Positions 12,711-24,937 of a stretch of DNA of 64,000 nt are shown here, in pieces. The DNA lies in assembly GCA_002269645.1 (NCBI GenBank), contig NIVC01000040.1, positions 186,001 to 250,000 of the forward strand. The letters run 5' to 3'. The position numbers and the translations under genes were made by a program. Numbering within the stretch: position 1 is the stretch's first letter; each line of letters begins with the position of its first letter. This DNA is from Macrostomum lignano (lineage: Eukaryota). Below the pieces are notes generated by a model that did not search any database, was not told where the DNA came from, and worked only from the letters and a program-made list of their open reading frames with translations.

Positions 12711-13574
12711 TGGGTCCCACCAAATATCTCTATTTAGGGGCGCTAGCAGTGGCGGCCGTGCATGGTTCAGGGGCACCGGTCCCTGTTTAATTTTATGCAA
12801 ACTCTCTTCTACTTACGGATGCATGCGCGCAGAGGTTGCACAGAAGTTGCAATGGCAGGTGAATAAAGCATTTATAGCTTTCATAGATTAAAGGCTGCTT
12901 ATTGTTTGTTGCTATGGGCCGGCGCACGACTGCAGCAAACACGAAGGAGGGTCATAAAACATTAATAATGCCAGTCAAGAAGATATCAACTTGACTCCCG
13001 AGTTCGACTTCGTCTTTGTCCTCGGTTGATCGGTGGGCGGATTTTAAGAGAGCTGCTGGTGCAATATCAATGATTGCCGCGCTACCTACTTGCCTTATAG
13101 ATGTATGGATATTTATTGCATTATTACCCGAAAACGGAGTTTCTGTTCGGTAATAAATTAATCAGTTCAGTTGGTACCCATATCCCTAAGGATATTGGTT
13201 GGTGGGAGGACAAGATAAGTGGATGCCCTTAGAGACGCAATCTGCATAAATTCTTTCTGGTGTTGTGTTTCCCTGTGACCTCAAGCTCAAGTAGCTTCTT
13301 TTGTTCGCCGGAAAAGTTAATCTAATGGATTAATCGGTCCGTAGGTTTTCTAGTTTAGTCCTGCTGAGACTTGGATTTACCTTTATATCTCTGGCTAGGA
13401 ATCATCATGATCTCGCCAATGTTTCTCGTTGATATTACGAAAATCAACGATTTTATAGAGAAAATTTAGAACGGGGCGCTTATTACTAAGATACATGTAT
13501 ATGCGTATTAGGAACAAAATCAAACTCGATGGGGGACACGCCCTGTGCGCCTCCCCCTATATCCGCTACCGATC

Positions 13575-15410
13575 TTTAGTCTCCTGACTCTCCTATCTAT
13601 ATCTAGTCTCCCGATTGACTCTCCTATCTATATCTAGTCTCCTGACTCTCCTATCTATATCTAGTCTCCCGACTCTCCTATCTATATCTAGTCTCCCGAT
13701 TGACTCTCCTATCTATATCTAGTCTCCCGATTGACTCTCCTATCTATATCTAGTCTCCCGATTGACTCTCCTATCTATATCTAGTCTCTTGATTGACTCT
13801 CCTATCTATATCTAGTCTCCTGACTCTCCTATCTATATCTAGTCTCTTGATTGACTCTCCTAGCTATCTTTAGTCTCCCGATTGACTCTCCTATCTATAT
13901 CTAGTCTCTTGATTGACTCTCCTATCTATATCTAGTCTCCCGATTGACTCTCCTATCTATATCTAGTCTCCCGATTGACTCTCCTATCTATATCTAGTCT
14001 CCCGATTGACTCTCCTATCTATCTTTAGTCTCCCGATTGACTCTCCTATCTATCTTTAGTCTCCCGATTGACTCTCCTATCTATATCTAGTCTCCCGATT
14101 GACTCTCCTATCTATATCTAGTCTCCCGATTGACTCTCCTATCTATATCTAGTCTCCCGATTGACTCTCCTATCTATATCTAGTCTCCCGATTGACTCTC
14201 CTATCTATCTTTAGTCTCCCGATTGACTCTCCTATCTATCTTTAGTCTCCCGATTGACTCTCCTATCTATATCTAGTCTCTTGATTGACTCTCCTAGCTA
14301 TCTTTAGTCTCCCGATTGACTCTCCTATCTATATCTAGTCTCTTGATTGACTCTCCTATCTATATCTAGTCTCCCGATTGACTCTCCTATCTATATCTAG
14401 TCTCCCGATTGACTCTCCTATCTATATCTAGTCTCCCGATTGACTCTCCTATCTATCTTTAGTCTCCCGATTGACTCTCCTATCTATCTTTAGTCTCCCG
14501 ATTGACTCTCCTATCTATATCTAGTCTCCCGATTGACTCTCCTATCTATATCTAGTCTCCCGATTGACTCTCCTATCTATATCTAGTCTCCCGATTGACT
14601 CTCCTATCTATATCTAGTCTCCCGATTGACTCTCCTATCTATCTTTAGTCTCCCGATTGACTCTCCTATCTATCTTTAGTCTCCCGATTGACTCTCCTAT
14701 CTATATCTAGTCTCCCGATTGACTCTCCTATCTATATCTAGTCTCCCGATTGACTCTCCTATCTATATCTAGTCTCCCGATTGACTCTCCTATCTATCTT
14801 TAGTCTCCCGATTGACTCTCCTATCTATATCTAGTCTCCCGATTGACTCTCCTATCTATATCTAGTCTCCCGATTGACTCTCCTATCTATATCTAGTCTC
14901 CCGATTGACTCTCCTATCTATCTTTAGTCTCCCGATTGACTCTCCTATCTATATCTAGTCTCCCGATTGACTCTCCTATCTATATCTAGTCTCCCGATTG
15001 ACTCTCCTATCTATATCTAGTCTCCCGATTGACTCTCCTATCTATCTTTAGTCTCCCGATTGACTCTCCTATCTATATCTAGTCTCCCGATTGACTCTCC
15101 TATCTATATCTAGTCTCCCGATTGACTCTCCTATCTATATCTAGTCTCCCGATTGACTCTCCTATCTATATCTAGTCTCCCGATTGACTCTCCTATCTAT
15201 ATCTAGTCTCCCGATTGACTCTCCTATCTATATCTAGTCTCCCGATTGACTCTCCTTTCTATCTTTAGTCTCCCGATTGACTCTCCTATCTATAGTCTCT
15301 GACTCTCCTATCTCTCGTCTCCCGACTCCTATCTTTAGTTTCCTTTCTGTAGTCTCCCGAATCTAATACATGTATCTAGTCTCCAATTTTACTATCTCTA
15401 GTCTCTCAAA
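13575..15410. repeat. 31-bp minisatellite (Cdx intron 1)
   Basis: ctagtctcccgattgactctcctatctatat, highly homogeneous, about 1.8 kb. Confidence 0.97.
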
Positions 15411-15504
15411 TCATATCTCTAGGTCTCCGACTTTCTTACCTCTAGTCTCCTGACTCGCCGATGCTCATCTCTCATCTCATCACCAGAGCAAAAGCGCAAC
15501 TCAC

Positions 15505-16315
15505 CACAGCTGACCCGTCGCTTCTGCCGCCACGATTTGATCATCTCCTGCTGCAGCCGGGTCGCCTCGCGAACGTCCATCACGTCGTCCATCGGATCGT
15601 CTTGGTGCGGCGGCGACAGGGCCTCGTCGGAGGAGGCCTGGTCTCCCGTCACCACCGGGTTGGGCAGCGAGGAGGCAGCCGCGGCGGCGGCAGCGGCTAC
15701 CGCGGCCGCGGCTGCTGAAGAAGCCGAAGTGCCTGTCGATGCCGCCACCGACGACTGCTGCTGGGTGCGGGCGGCGTTGGCAGACTGGAGACTTGATGCC
15801 GACGAGGTCAGCGGCAGCGGCGCCGCGGCCGCCGCCGACCAGTTTGTAGCGCAGGCGGCGTGCATCGAGGATGTCAGCGGCCCCGCCAGGCTACTGCTCG
15901 CGGCTGCTGCAGCTGCGGCGGCGGCAGCTGCGGCGGCGGCTGCAGCAGCGGCTGATGGAGTTGAATTCTGTGACTGATGCTGCTGCTGTTGCTGCTGCAT
16001 CAGCGAGCTCATATTTGCTGAGTTGCTGAAGTTATAAGCCTGATGCTGATGCTGCTGGTTGTGATGAGGCTGCTGCTGTTGATGATGCTGGCTAGGGTGG
16101 AGTGGGTGCTGCTGCTGCAAAGGAAGCTGATGAAGCGCGCCGGGATGCTGCACGCACAGGCTGCAGAGACAGGGCCCAGCTGACGGATGCTGCTGGTGCT
16201 GTGAAAACAGCAGGTGATGCGGCTGAGCCGGAAACTGGTACTGCGGCTGATTGGCGGCCAGGAAACCTGCACCGGAAATGGGGCTCCAGGAGGACGTGCT
16301 AGACATGGCTGCCAT
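15505..16315 (-). CDS. Cdx: Cdx exon 1 (Q/H/A/S-rich N-terminal region, ends ...MIKSWRQKRRVSC)
   Basis: ATG at 16315, 811 nt, donor G|gtgagt. Phase 1 matches exon 2 (G+AG = Glu). A Trp lies at the hexapeptide position. Poly-Ala/poly-Gln composition is typical of transcription factors. Confidence 0.85.
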
Positions 16316-16716
16316 TTGCTTTCAGTCAGTGATGAAGAGCTTTTGTTAATTGGGGGAAAACTTTGTATAATTAGAAGTGTCAACAAGGCGGGGAGTTGCG
16401 GAGCAAAGAGAAATTGATCCACAAACCACAATCCAACTGGATATTAACAGGTAGCGGCCAGGTAGTTGAGTTTGGTTTCTCTGCCTTTTCGCTCTCTCTC
16501 TCTCTAACTTGTCTTTCTTCTTTACACAGAGACGCCGACACGGAGCGAGTTGACTGTTTCTATATTAAGTGAGTGAGACCACTTCAAGTTCTGCGCTCTT
16601 GGGCGGCGGGACCACCTATTTTAACACCCCCCCCCCCCCGCTGTGAGAGTGGGGTGTGGGGTTTCGGAGTCAGAAATTAGAGAGGGAGGAGGTGCAGGAC
16701 GGAGGTGGGGCAGCGG

Positions 16717-17030
16717 TGGCGGCGGCGGCAGCGGCGGTGGCGGCGGCGGCAGCGGACAAGAACAGAAGATCAAAGGAAGCCGCTCGGACGCTATTGGCTC
16801 CGCGCGCTGGGTATGAGGGGGGGCGGGAGGGGAGGGAAGGGGAGGGCAAGACTGGAGCGCGGCCCTCTAAACTATGAGAGTATCAGTGGCATTATGAGGT
16901 GGCGTGGCTTTTTGACCGCCGGCCCACCTTTTCCTGGACTTGACTCTCTCCCCCCTCTCTCTCTCCACCCCCTTTCTCCCCACCCCCACCCAAGCGCCGG
17001 AGTCCGTTTGATCTCTGCCGCCTAATTAAC
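16717..17030 (-). promoter_or_regulatory. Cdx proximal promoter with CCAAT box and TCF/helper-site pairs
   Basis: AGATCAAAGG at 16767-16776 beside GGCGGC runs at 16717-16751. AGCCAATAG on minus (ATTGG at 16793-16797). CGTTTGATC at 17005-17013 followed by GCCGCC at 17017-17022 and TAATTA at 17023-17028. Confidence 0.5.
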
Positions 17031-17509
17031 AGACGAGTTTGCGGACCAGTGGCCCAGTGCTAGACTGCTAAAGCTAGGCTTGGGGAGGCCTGCCCGCCGG
17101 CGTATAACTGGCTAGGAGCTGGTTCAGCCAACCAAAAAAGGGCAGTTCTTCTAAAAGCCTTCTAAAGCTGGACTATTGGAATTCTCCGCCCCCGGGTCCC
17201 GTTGTATGTGTGTTGGTCTTGGACCCCCTGTCGGTTTTATATCACCTTTGGTTGGAGCCAGTGGAAGCCAAGCCTTGGGATTTGGCACAGCGCTCGTGAG
17301 GGGTTGAGGGGTGCAGCTGTAAGCAACTGCATCCCCTTCCAAGTTCCTTTCAAGTTCCTTGAAGCCAAGGGGAACTAAAAAAGGCCTTGAAAATGCCCCG
17401 ACGTTACAGAGTACTTACAGACTAAAGACAGGAAGGCCTCCCAAATTTATACTATTGCACTGGACTCTAAAAAGCAGCTGAAATCCGAATGAAACGCCTG
17501 AACTTCAAA

Positions 17510-18645
17510 TGACACACTTGGAATCCGAATGAAATAACCGGAATCCGAATAACACACCTGGAATCCTAATGACACATCTGAACTTTTAATGACACACCTG
17601 GAATCATAATGGCACGCACACCTGGAATCCTAATGACACACCTGGAATCCCAATGGTACACCTGAAATCCTAATGACACACCTGGAATCCTAATGAAACA
17701 CCTGGAATACTAATATATGACACCTGGAATCCCAATTACACACCTGAAATCGTAATGACACACCTGGAATCCTAATGACACACCTGAAAACTGGAATCCT
17801 AATGACACACCTGAAAACTGGAATCCTAATGACACACCTGAAAACTGGAATCCTAATGACACACCTGAAAACGAATCCAAATGACACACCTGAAAACTGG
17901 AATCCTAATGACACACCTGAAAACTGAAATCCTAATGACACACCTGAAAACTGGAATCCTAATGACACACCTGAAAACTGGAATCCTAATGACACACCTG
18001 AAATCCTAATGACACACCTGAAATCCTAATGACACACCTGAAATCCTAATGACACACCTGAAAACGAATCCAAATGACACACCTGAAAACTGGAATCCTA
18101 ATGACACACCTGAAATCCTAATGACACACCTGAAAACGAATCCAAATGACACACCTGAAAACTGGAATCCTAATGACACACCTGAAATCCTAATGACACA
18201 CCTGAAAACGAATCCAAATGACACACCTGAAAACTGGAATCCTAATGACACACCTGAAAACTGTAATCCTAATGACACACCTGAAATCCTAATGACACAC
18301 CTGAAAACGAATCCAAATGACACACCTGAAAACTGGAATCCTAATGACACACCTGAAAACTGAAATCCAAATGACACACCTGAAAACTGGAATCCAAATG
18401 ACACACCTGAAAACTGGAATCCAAATGACACACCTGAAAACTGAAATCCTAATGACACACCTGAAAACTGGAATCCTAATGACACACCTGAAAACTGGAA
18501 TCCAAATGACACACCTGAAAACTGAAATCCTAATGACACACCTGAAAACTGGAATCCTAATGACACACCTGAAAACTGGAATCCTAATGACACACCTGAA
18601 AACTGGAATCCAAATGACACACCTGAAAACTGGAATCCTAATGAC
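17510..18645. repeat. 27/20-bp minisatellite
   Basis: aatgacacacctgaaaactggaatcct and shorter variants. Confidence 0.95.
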
Positions 18646-19340
18646 GTTAGGTTTGCCGAGTTTCGCAGTGGCCGAGCGTCGCTTGAAGACGCAGCCCGGC
18701 CTGGGCGTCCTGTGACTGCCACGTCGGATGCGGACGCAGCTGGTGGACGAGGACTCACGACTGACGGTGCAGCAAATAGCCACTGTCCTGGGTATCTCAT
18801 CGGGAAGTGTCACCACAATCCTGCACAAGCGGTTGTGCCTGAGCAAGGTGTCCTCATGATGGGTCCCCCATCACCTGACTGAGGGTTGAATGGTGCCGCT
18901 CCATGCTGCGCAGGTTCAACGGCGGCAGCTCAAACTCGGTGTCTGAGGTCGTGAGAGACCTGGGTGTACAGCTACGACAGCTACCCTGAGTCCCAGCAGC
19001 AGTCGGCGCAGTTTCTGCAGCAGCAGCGAGTGCAGCAGCTCGGCCACTCGCCGTAGGCGTACAGCCCTGACCTCGCACCGTGCGACTTCTTCGTGTTCCC
19101 TGCGGTAAAGCGGCAGCTGAAAGGAACTCGATTTGAGTCGCCAGAGCAGGCTCAGGGCTTCTGTGAGCGACTCGAGGGGATCCCGCATTCCGAGTGGTGC
19201 AGCTGCTTTGTCACTTGGTTTACGAGGATGCAGAAGTGCATCGATGCTGCTGGGGACTACTTTGAGAAGTAGCGCACTGAGTTTTAGTTCTTGCTGCTAT
19301 AGTGGCCAGTCGTGTCCGGAAATTTATTGAACCCCCCTCG
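18646..19340 (+). mobile_element. Decayed, 5'-truncated mariner (DD34D) transposon
   Basis: Broken frames give FRSGRASLED..RPGRP (HTH), KVSS*WVPHHLT, ETWVYSYD, YSPDLAPCDFFVFP and GDYFEK*. The 3' TIR reads ...aatttattgaacccccctcg followed by TA at 19341-19342. Stops, frameshifts and internal deletions are present. Confidence 0.92.
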
Positions 19341-20759
19341 TATAATTAACCGCTGGTTTAGTCGGTGCAGCCACGCGGCTAAACGGCGAACAATTTCTGA
19401 TAGAAAATTTAGGGATATTCACAGAGATTTCACTAGAAGCTACCCATATTTTACAATATCAGAAAAAGCAGCAAACCTATGGGTGAAATTAATAGCGTGG
19501 CTGCTGCATACATAATCATAATTTTTGGAATATATAGCTTCATCAGCAGGAGCGCTGAGGAGATGGGGATGTGTATATAGGAAAAATCCTGAACGGGATT
19601 TTCGCACAGATTAAATCCAAAAACTAATCCCAGAAGCTCAAATTGGATTGAGGAAGCAATATATTGAAGCATCACTTTTTACGACGCAACTCTCTCCTCC
19701 CCTCCCGTTACTGTCCCCCCCCCCAATAAACAGTAATTAATTCTTGCATTTACAGCGCTATAAAATCAATACAGCCGTTTGCGCGGTGCAGCGCCTGAGC
19801 TCTCAATCCTTCCCGTTAATCCTTGCCGTCCTCGTTGACACTTCGGCTTTAGCCGCGGCTAGACTTGTATGGAAGGGACTTGGTAGCTAAGGACGCCTGG
19901 GGAACACTTGAAAAGGTACCAGTAGTTGCTAGCCCTAGAAGAGATTCCAAACGGGTTGCTAACGACACTAGAACAGGTACCGATCGAGCCTCGAGCCTCG
20001 GGCCTCTAGAGGGGTTCTAATGGGTTCTGTAATCCTGCACTGTGTGGGATTCTGTAATCTTGCAGTGTGTGGGTACAGAATTATAGAGATCTTTTATCCC
20101 AGCTGAGTATACAAGCAGCTCTATTAAAGGATTATAACAAATTCCAAATCTGCATTCAGAAGCGCAAGACAAGATAAAATTATTTGCAAAATTTCATACG
20201 CAACAAGCCTACAAGTTCGAACAAGAGCATACAGCTGCTATCAGGAGTTATGCAACAATTGAAAAAGAATTTCATAGATCAAGTGACGTCTATGCAAGCT
20301 TAGTTTCACTTGTTATCGAAATCAGCTTGATATCAACTGACAATGGAAGCAGATTACCTGTACAGGAAGGAAGTTTTGTGTATGCACATTTCTGGTCCGG
20401 ATAAACAGTTCCGAATTCAGACTCCAGACTCCGCGATGACGATTCACAGTTTCACAAAGGTAAATAAATATAGATCTCTAAATGCGCATATACTGGTAGC
20501 GGATCACCGGCCCAGCGCTACGTAGTACGACTATAGAAAGCATGATAAAATGAAAATGAGTACACGAATGTTTGATCGAATTTTCCTACCGCAAGTGACG
20601 CAATGCAATTCACACCCGCACGCCCCGCGGTTTTCATCTCGTCCTAACTGTGGGCGATGTAATTTGCGTCCCAAGGCCCTAGCTTAGGCTGAGGAGGAGA
20701 GAGTGGAACGCTATGGCCACAGTTGGATTAAAGTTGCCCCCTGTTGACCACTGCATGCT

Positions 20760-21090
20760 TTCGGCGTTGGAAAAGAGATAGGAAAGGAGAAAATGCGAAG
20801 TCAAAAAGGAAAGATGAGATGGTAGGAGAAGAGAAGAAAGGTGAGGAGAGAAGGGGATGAGACTGAGAGAGAAGAGGAGGTGAGAGGAGAGGGGAGTTAA
20901 GTTAACATTGCTAACAGACGAAAGGGGAGGACTCGAGGAGAATAGGGAAGAGGAGTCGGGAAAGAAGAGTAGAGAAGGGGAAGAGGGGAGAGGAGAGGAG
21001 AGATGAGAGGAGAGGGGGGAGAGGGGAAGAGAAGAGAGAAGGAGAGAGGAGAGAGAAGGAGAGGAGAGAAGGGGAGATAATAAGAGAAGC
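20760..21090. repeat. GA-rich low-complexity tract
   Basis: gagagga/gaaga runs. Confidence 0.8.
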
Positions 21091-21999
21091 CTTCTCACAG
21101 TCTCACTGTAGGAAGTTGCATTTTTGACACGCGTGAATGCAAAAGCGATGACGTTGAGTACCAAATTTGGGATAGATTGGCTTTGGGCCTGGCTGACAGA
21201 TAAGTAAGTGAAGCGAGCAAAGTATGCTCAACGCTCAACTCAGACTTGAGCACAGACAGGCATGCAGTAGGTCATGGGGGACTCATACGTCAGGGTCAGG
21301 GGCAGGGCACTCAAATTTTCGATCGTTGAGCAGCCGCTCCCAAGCCATACTCCGCCGGCCCCCGCCAGAGAATTTTAAATTTTGAAAAGCTTCTGCTAGT
21401 ACTAGCCTGTAGCCTCTAGGGGAGTAGAAAATATAAATTTTGTAGGTAGGTTAGGCAGGTAGGCGGCAAGGCAGGTCCAGAATCGGATGAATTGCTGCAT
21501 ATATGCTCGTATATGCTCCCCAGCCAGGGGAGGGGGCACAACACACCCACTCACACGAGGCAGAGTTTTATGGCTTAGCTTTATACGACCCGCGTCTGTG
21601 CAAGAGGGGGGGGGCTGCACCATGGCGTCTCACAGCCAGCCCAGCTACACCCCCCTGTAGTTTAAGGCTTTGTGGCGGCTTTTGGACCCCCAGGTAGGTA
21701 GGGGTCATAAAAGTCTTAACGACTCCCGCATGAGGTCCTCTCTCTCCCAGTATGCTGCCGGGTTAGCTGCCTGTGTCCCTGCAGTGTCGCTCCTTGACTG
21801 GTTTTTAGTAGGGTTAGTTTTAGTTTTAGCAGCTAGTCTAGTAAGTGTATAATACTCGTAGAGATCGAAAGCGGTGTGTTTATGCATGTATTCGACGTTT
21901 TAAGTGCTCATTTAAAATGCTCAAAATTATTAGCTACTATCGATCGAATACTAACTCCTGAGTAGTTAGCATTATTAGGATCAATTTCTATCAAGGATT

Positions 22000-22310
22000 G
22001 GCGATTCTTTCATTGATTTCAGGGGCGATTTCCATCGTGTAGATAGGCGATTCTATCTCATTTCAGAGGCGATTTCCACCTTGTGGATTGGCGATTCTAT
22101 CTCATTTCAGAGGCGATTTCCACCTTGTGGATTGGCGATTCTATCTCATTTCAGAGGCGATTTCCACCTTGTGGATTGGCGATTTTATCTCATTTCATAG
22201 TCGATTTCTATTTCGTGGATTGGCGATTCTTTCATCTCAAGGGCGATTTCTATTTTGTGGATTGGCGATTCTCTTTTTATCTCAAGGGCGATTTCAATTT
22301 TGTGGGTGAT
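22000..22310. repeat. 44-bp minisatellite
   Basis: gattggcgattctatctcatttcagaggcgatttccaccttgtg and degenerate copies. Confidence 0.9.
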
Positions 22311-22984
22311 TCTCTGTTACATTGAAACCTTTACTTTAAGAAACTTTTAACAATTAATATTTGAAATTTACTATCAAGTTTGCTGAATCGAACACTGACT
22401 AGACTACTGAAATAAGAAAAGATTAGTCAGTAGTATAGTGAGGCAATGATAAGAAAATCTCAAAAGTGAAAATAGCACATTTTCAATTGAAGTGCTTATT
22501 TAACAGTTGAACATGCTCTCCAAATATAATATTTTGCCAGCTTTTTCATTGTATAATAATTGTACAAATAACAGGATGATACTACTTAGTTACAACGAGT
22601 AGGCAGCTGAGAATTTTAATCATCGAATGCAAGTAGACAAGTAAATGTCAGTTTATCTGAAATAAACAGCGTGCAGTCAAGGTAAAGCTGATAAGAACGC
22701 ACAAATTTTGGAATGGAAGACAAAAAATAAACAGAAGGTGAACAAACTAATCACAAATAGCAAGTATATAAAGCAACAACTTTTAAAGTCAGAATAACAT
22801 GACGAAATTAACAAACAAGTGCGAAAAACACAGTAAAAATTAAAATAAAGAAAGAAATCTTTCAGATTCATGTTTAATCGTAGATTCAACGGGGAAAATT
22901 CGATGCAAAATTCTCGCGCTAGAAAGGACTTAAGAGAGGGTTCAGGGGTCAATATAAGGGTAGAGTAGAGACGAATTCATGCTA

Positions 22985-23640
22985 GATTAGAGATGATTTT
23001 GAGGGGAGATTAAAGACGATTCTTAGAAAGATCAAATACGATTTTTAAGGGAGATCAGGGACGATTCTCAGTGGAGATTAGAGACGACTCTCAGGGGAGA
23101 TTAGAGACGATTATCAGGGAAGATTAGAGACGATTCTTAGCGGAGATTAGAGACGACTCTCAGGGGAGATTAGAGATGATTATCAGGGAAGATTAGAGAC
23201 GATTCTTAGCGGAGATTAGAGACGACTCTCAGGGGAGATTAGAGATGATTATCAGGGAAGATTAGAGACGATTCTTAGCGGAGATTAGAGACGACTCTCA
23301 GGGGAGATTAGAGATGATTATCAGGGAAGATTAGAGACGATTCTTAGCGGAGATTAGAGACGACTCTCAGGGGAGATTAGAGATGATTATCAGGGAAGAT
23401 TAGAGACGATTCTTAGCGGAGATTAGAGACGACTCTCAGGGGAGATTAGAGATGATTATCAGGGAAGATTAGAGACGATTCTTCGCGGAGATTAGAGACG
23501 ACTCTCAAGGGGAGATTAGAGACGATTCTTAGCGGAGATTAGAGACGACTCTCAAGGGGAGATTAGAGACGATTCTTAACGGAGATTAGAGACGACCCTC
23601 AGGGAGATCAGAAACGATTCTCAGGGGAGATTAGACGCGA
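22985..23640. repeat. 23-bp minisatellite organised as a 69-bp trimer
   Basis: Three gattagaga(c/t)ga... variants cycle with a 69-nt period (e.g. 23101 vs 23170). Confidence 0.92.
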
Positions 23641-23744
23641 CTCTTAGGGTAGATTGTATTCTCAGGTCATCAAGATTCTAAAGTAACCGGTCTCGTAAAG
23701 TCGCAACCGCAATCGATAGCTAATGGATAAATCAAAGATGAATA

Positions 23745-24038
23745 TTATTGATCATTGCTCTCTCCAGATTGGCTGCTACTATTATCGGAGTTGCCAGGTG
23801 AAACAGCAGCCTCATTATCGTCATTATTGTTGGCAGTGTTGGCCCCATCAGCATTGGCGGCAGTGCGGCCGGAGGCTGCGGCTGGAGATTTGGCGCCAAA
23901 ATGAGCCGAGCGGTGGTGAAAGTAGGAGCGATCGGGCTGCTGGTGAACTGGCTGCGCTGTGTCTGCGGACTGCGACTGGTGCTGCTCCTGGGCGATTCGG
24001 CGATGGCGATTTGGTCGACGGCGAAATAGAGTGACTTC
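23745..24038 (-). CDS. VPS26: VPS26 last exon (EVTLFRR + about 90-aa low-complexity tail, stop TAA)
   Basis: Acceptor atcgcag|GAA GTC ACT CTA TTT CGC, phase 0. KQQ|EVTLFRR aligns with the conserved KQQEIxLWR. Not shown in the ORF track in this frame. Confidence 0.85.
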   Translation of the reverse strand, partial: EVTLFRRRPNRHRRIAQEQHQSQSADTAQPVHQQPDRSYFHHRSAHFGAKSPAAASGRTAANADGANTANNNDDNEAAVSPGNSDNSSSQSGESNDQ

Positions 24039-24099
24039 CTGCGATTGGGTAGGCGGTGAGCGGTGGCCGTTTTTTCGAGTACTCGTTGCTTATGGGAGT

Positions 24100-24860
24100 G
24101 ACAGGGGAGGCTGTGAAGTGACAGTGAAGGCTGTGGAGTGACAGTGAAGGCTGTGGAGTGACAGGAGGCTGTGGAGTCACAGGGAATGCTGTGGAGTGAC
24201 AGGTGAGGCAGCAGGAATACAGATGAGGCAGCAGGGAGACAGGTGAGGCAGCAGGAAGACAGGTGAGGCAGCAGGGAGACAGGTGAGACAGCAGGGAGAC
24301 AGGTGAGGCAGCAGGGAGACAGGTGAGGCAGCAGGGAGACAGGTGAGGCAGCAGGGAGACAGGTGAGGCAGCAGGGAGACAGGTGAGACAGCAGGGAGAC
24401 AGGTGAGACAGCAGGGAGACAGGTGAGACAGCAGGGAGACAGGTGAGGCAGCAGGGAGACAGGTGAGACATCAGGGAGACAGGTGAGGCAGCAGGGAGAC
24501 AGGTGAGGCAGCAGGGAGACAGGTGAGACAGCAGGGAGACAGGTGAGGCAGCAGGGAGACAGGTGAGGCAGCAGGGAGACAGGTGAGGCAGCAGGGAGAC
24601 AGGTGAGACAGCAGGGAGACAGGTGAGGCAGCAGGGAGACAGGTGAGACAGCAGGGAGACAGGTGAGGCAGCAGGGAGACAGGTGAGACAGCAGGGAGAC
24701 AGGTGAGGCAGCAGGGAGACAGGTGAGACAGCAGGGAGACAGGTGAGACAGCAGGGAGACAGGTGAGACAGCAGGGAGACAGGTGAGGCAGCAGGGAGAC
24801 AGGTGAGGCAGCAGGGAGACAGGTGAGGCAGCAGGGAGACAGGTGAGACAGCAGGGAAAG
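24100..24860. repeat. 20-bp minisatellite filling most of the last VPS26 intron
   Basis: gacaggtgaggcagcaggga, about 35 copies. Confidence 0.96.
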
Positions 24861-24937
24861 GTGTGACAGCAGATTGATGAGACAGTTAGGTAATACCGGA
24901 GTACCGCAATACCTAGCTAGAGAAGCACAACTCTCAC

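Noticed and set aside
10919-12891. ORFs of 109-262 aa over the intron 1 arrays; likewise at 17.7-18.8, 34.0-34.9, 42.8-43.3, 45.2-45.9, 50-52 and 56-58.6 kb
   Set aside because: Periodic peptides that mirror the repeat units, with no unique coding content.
15461-16431. Plus-strand ORFs and alternative-frame ORFs over Cdx exon 1
   Set aside because: Shadow ORFs caused by GCN/CAG-rich codons of the real exon.
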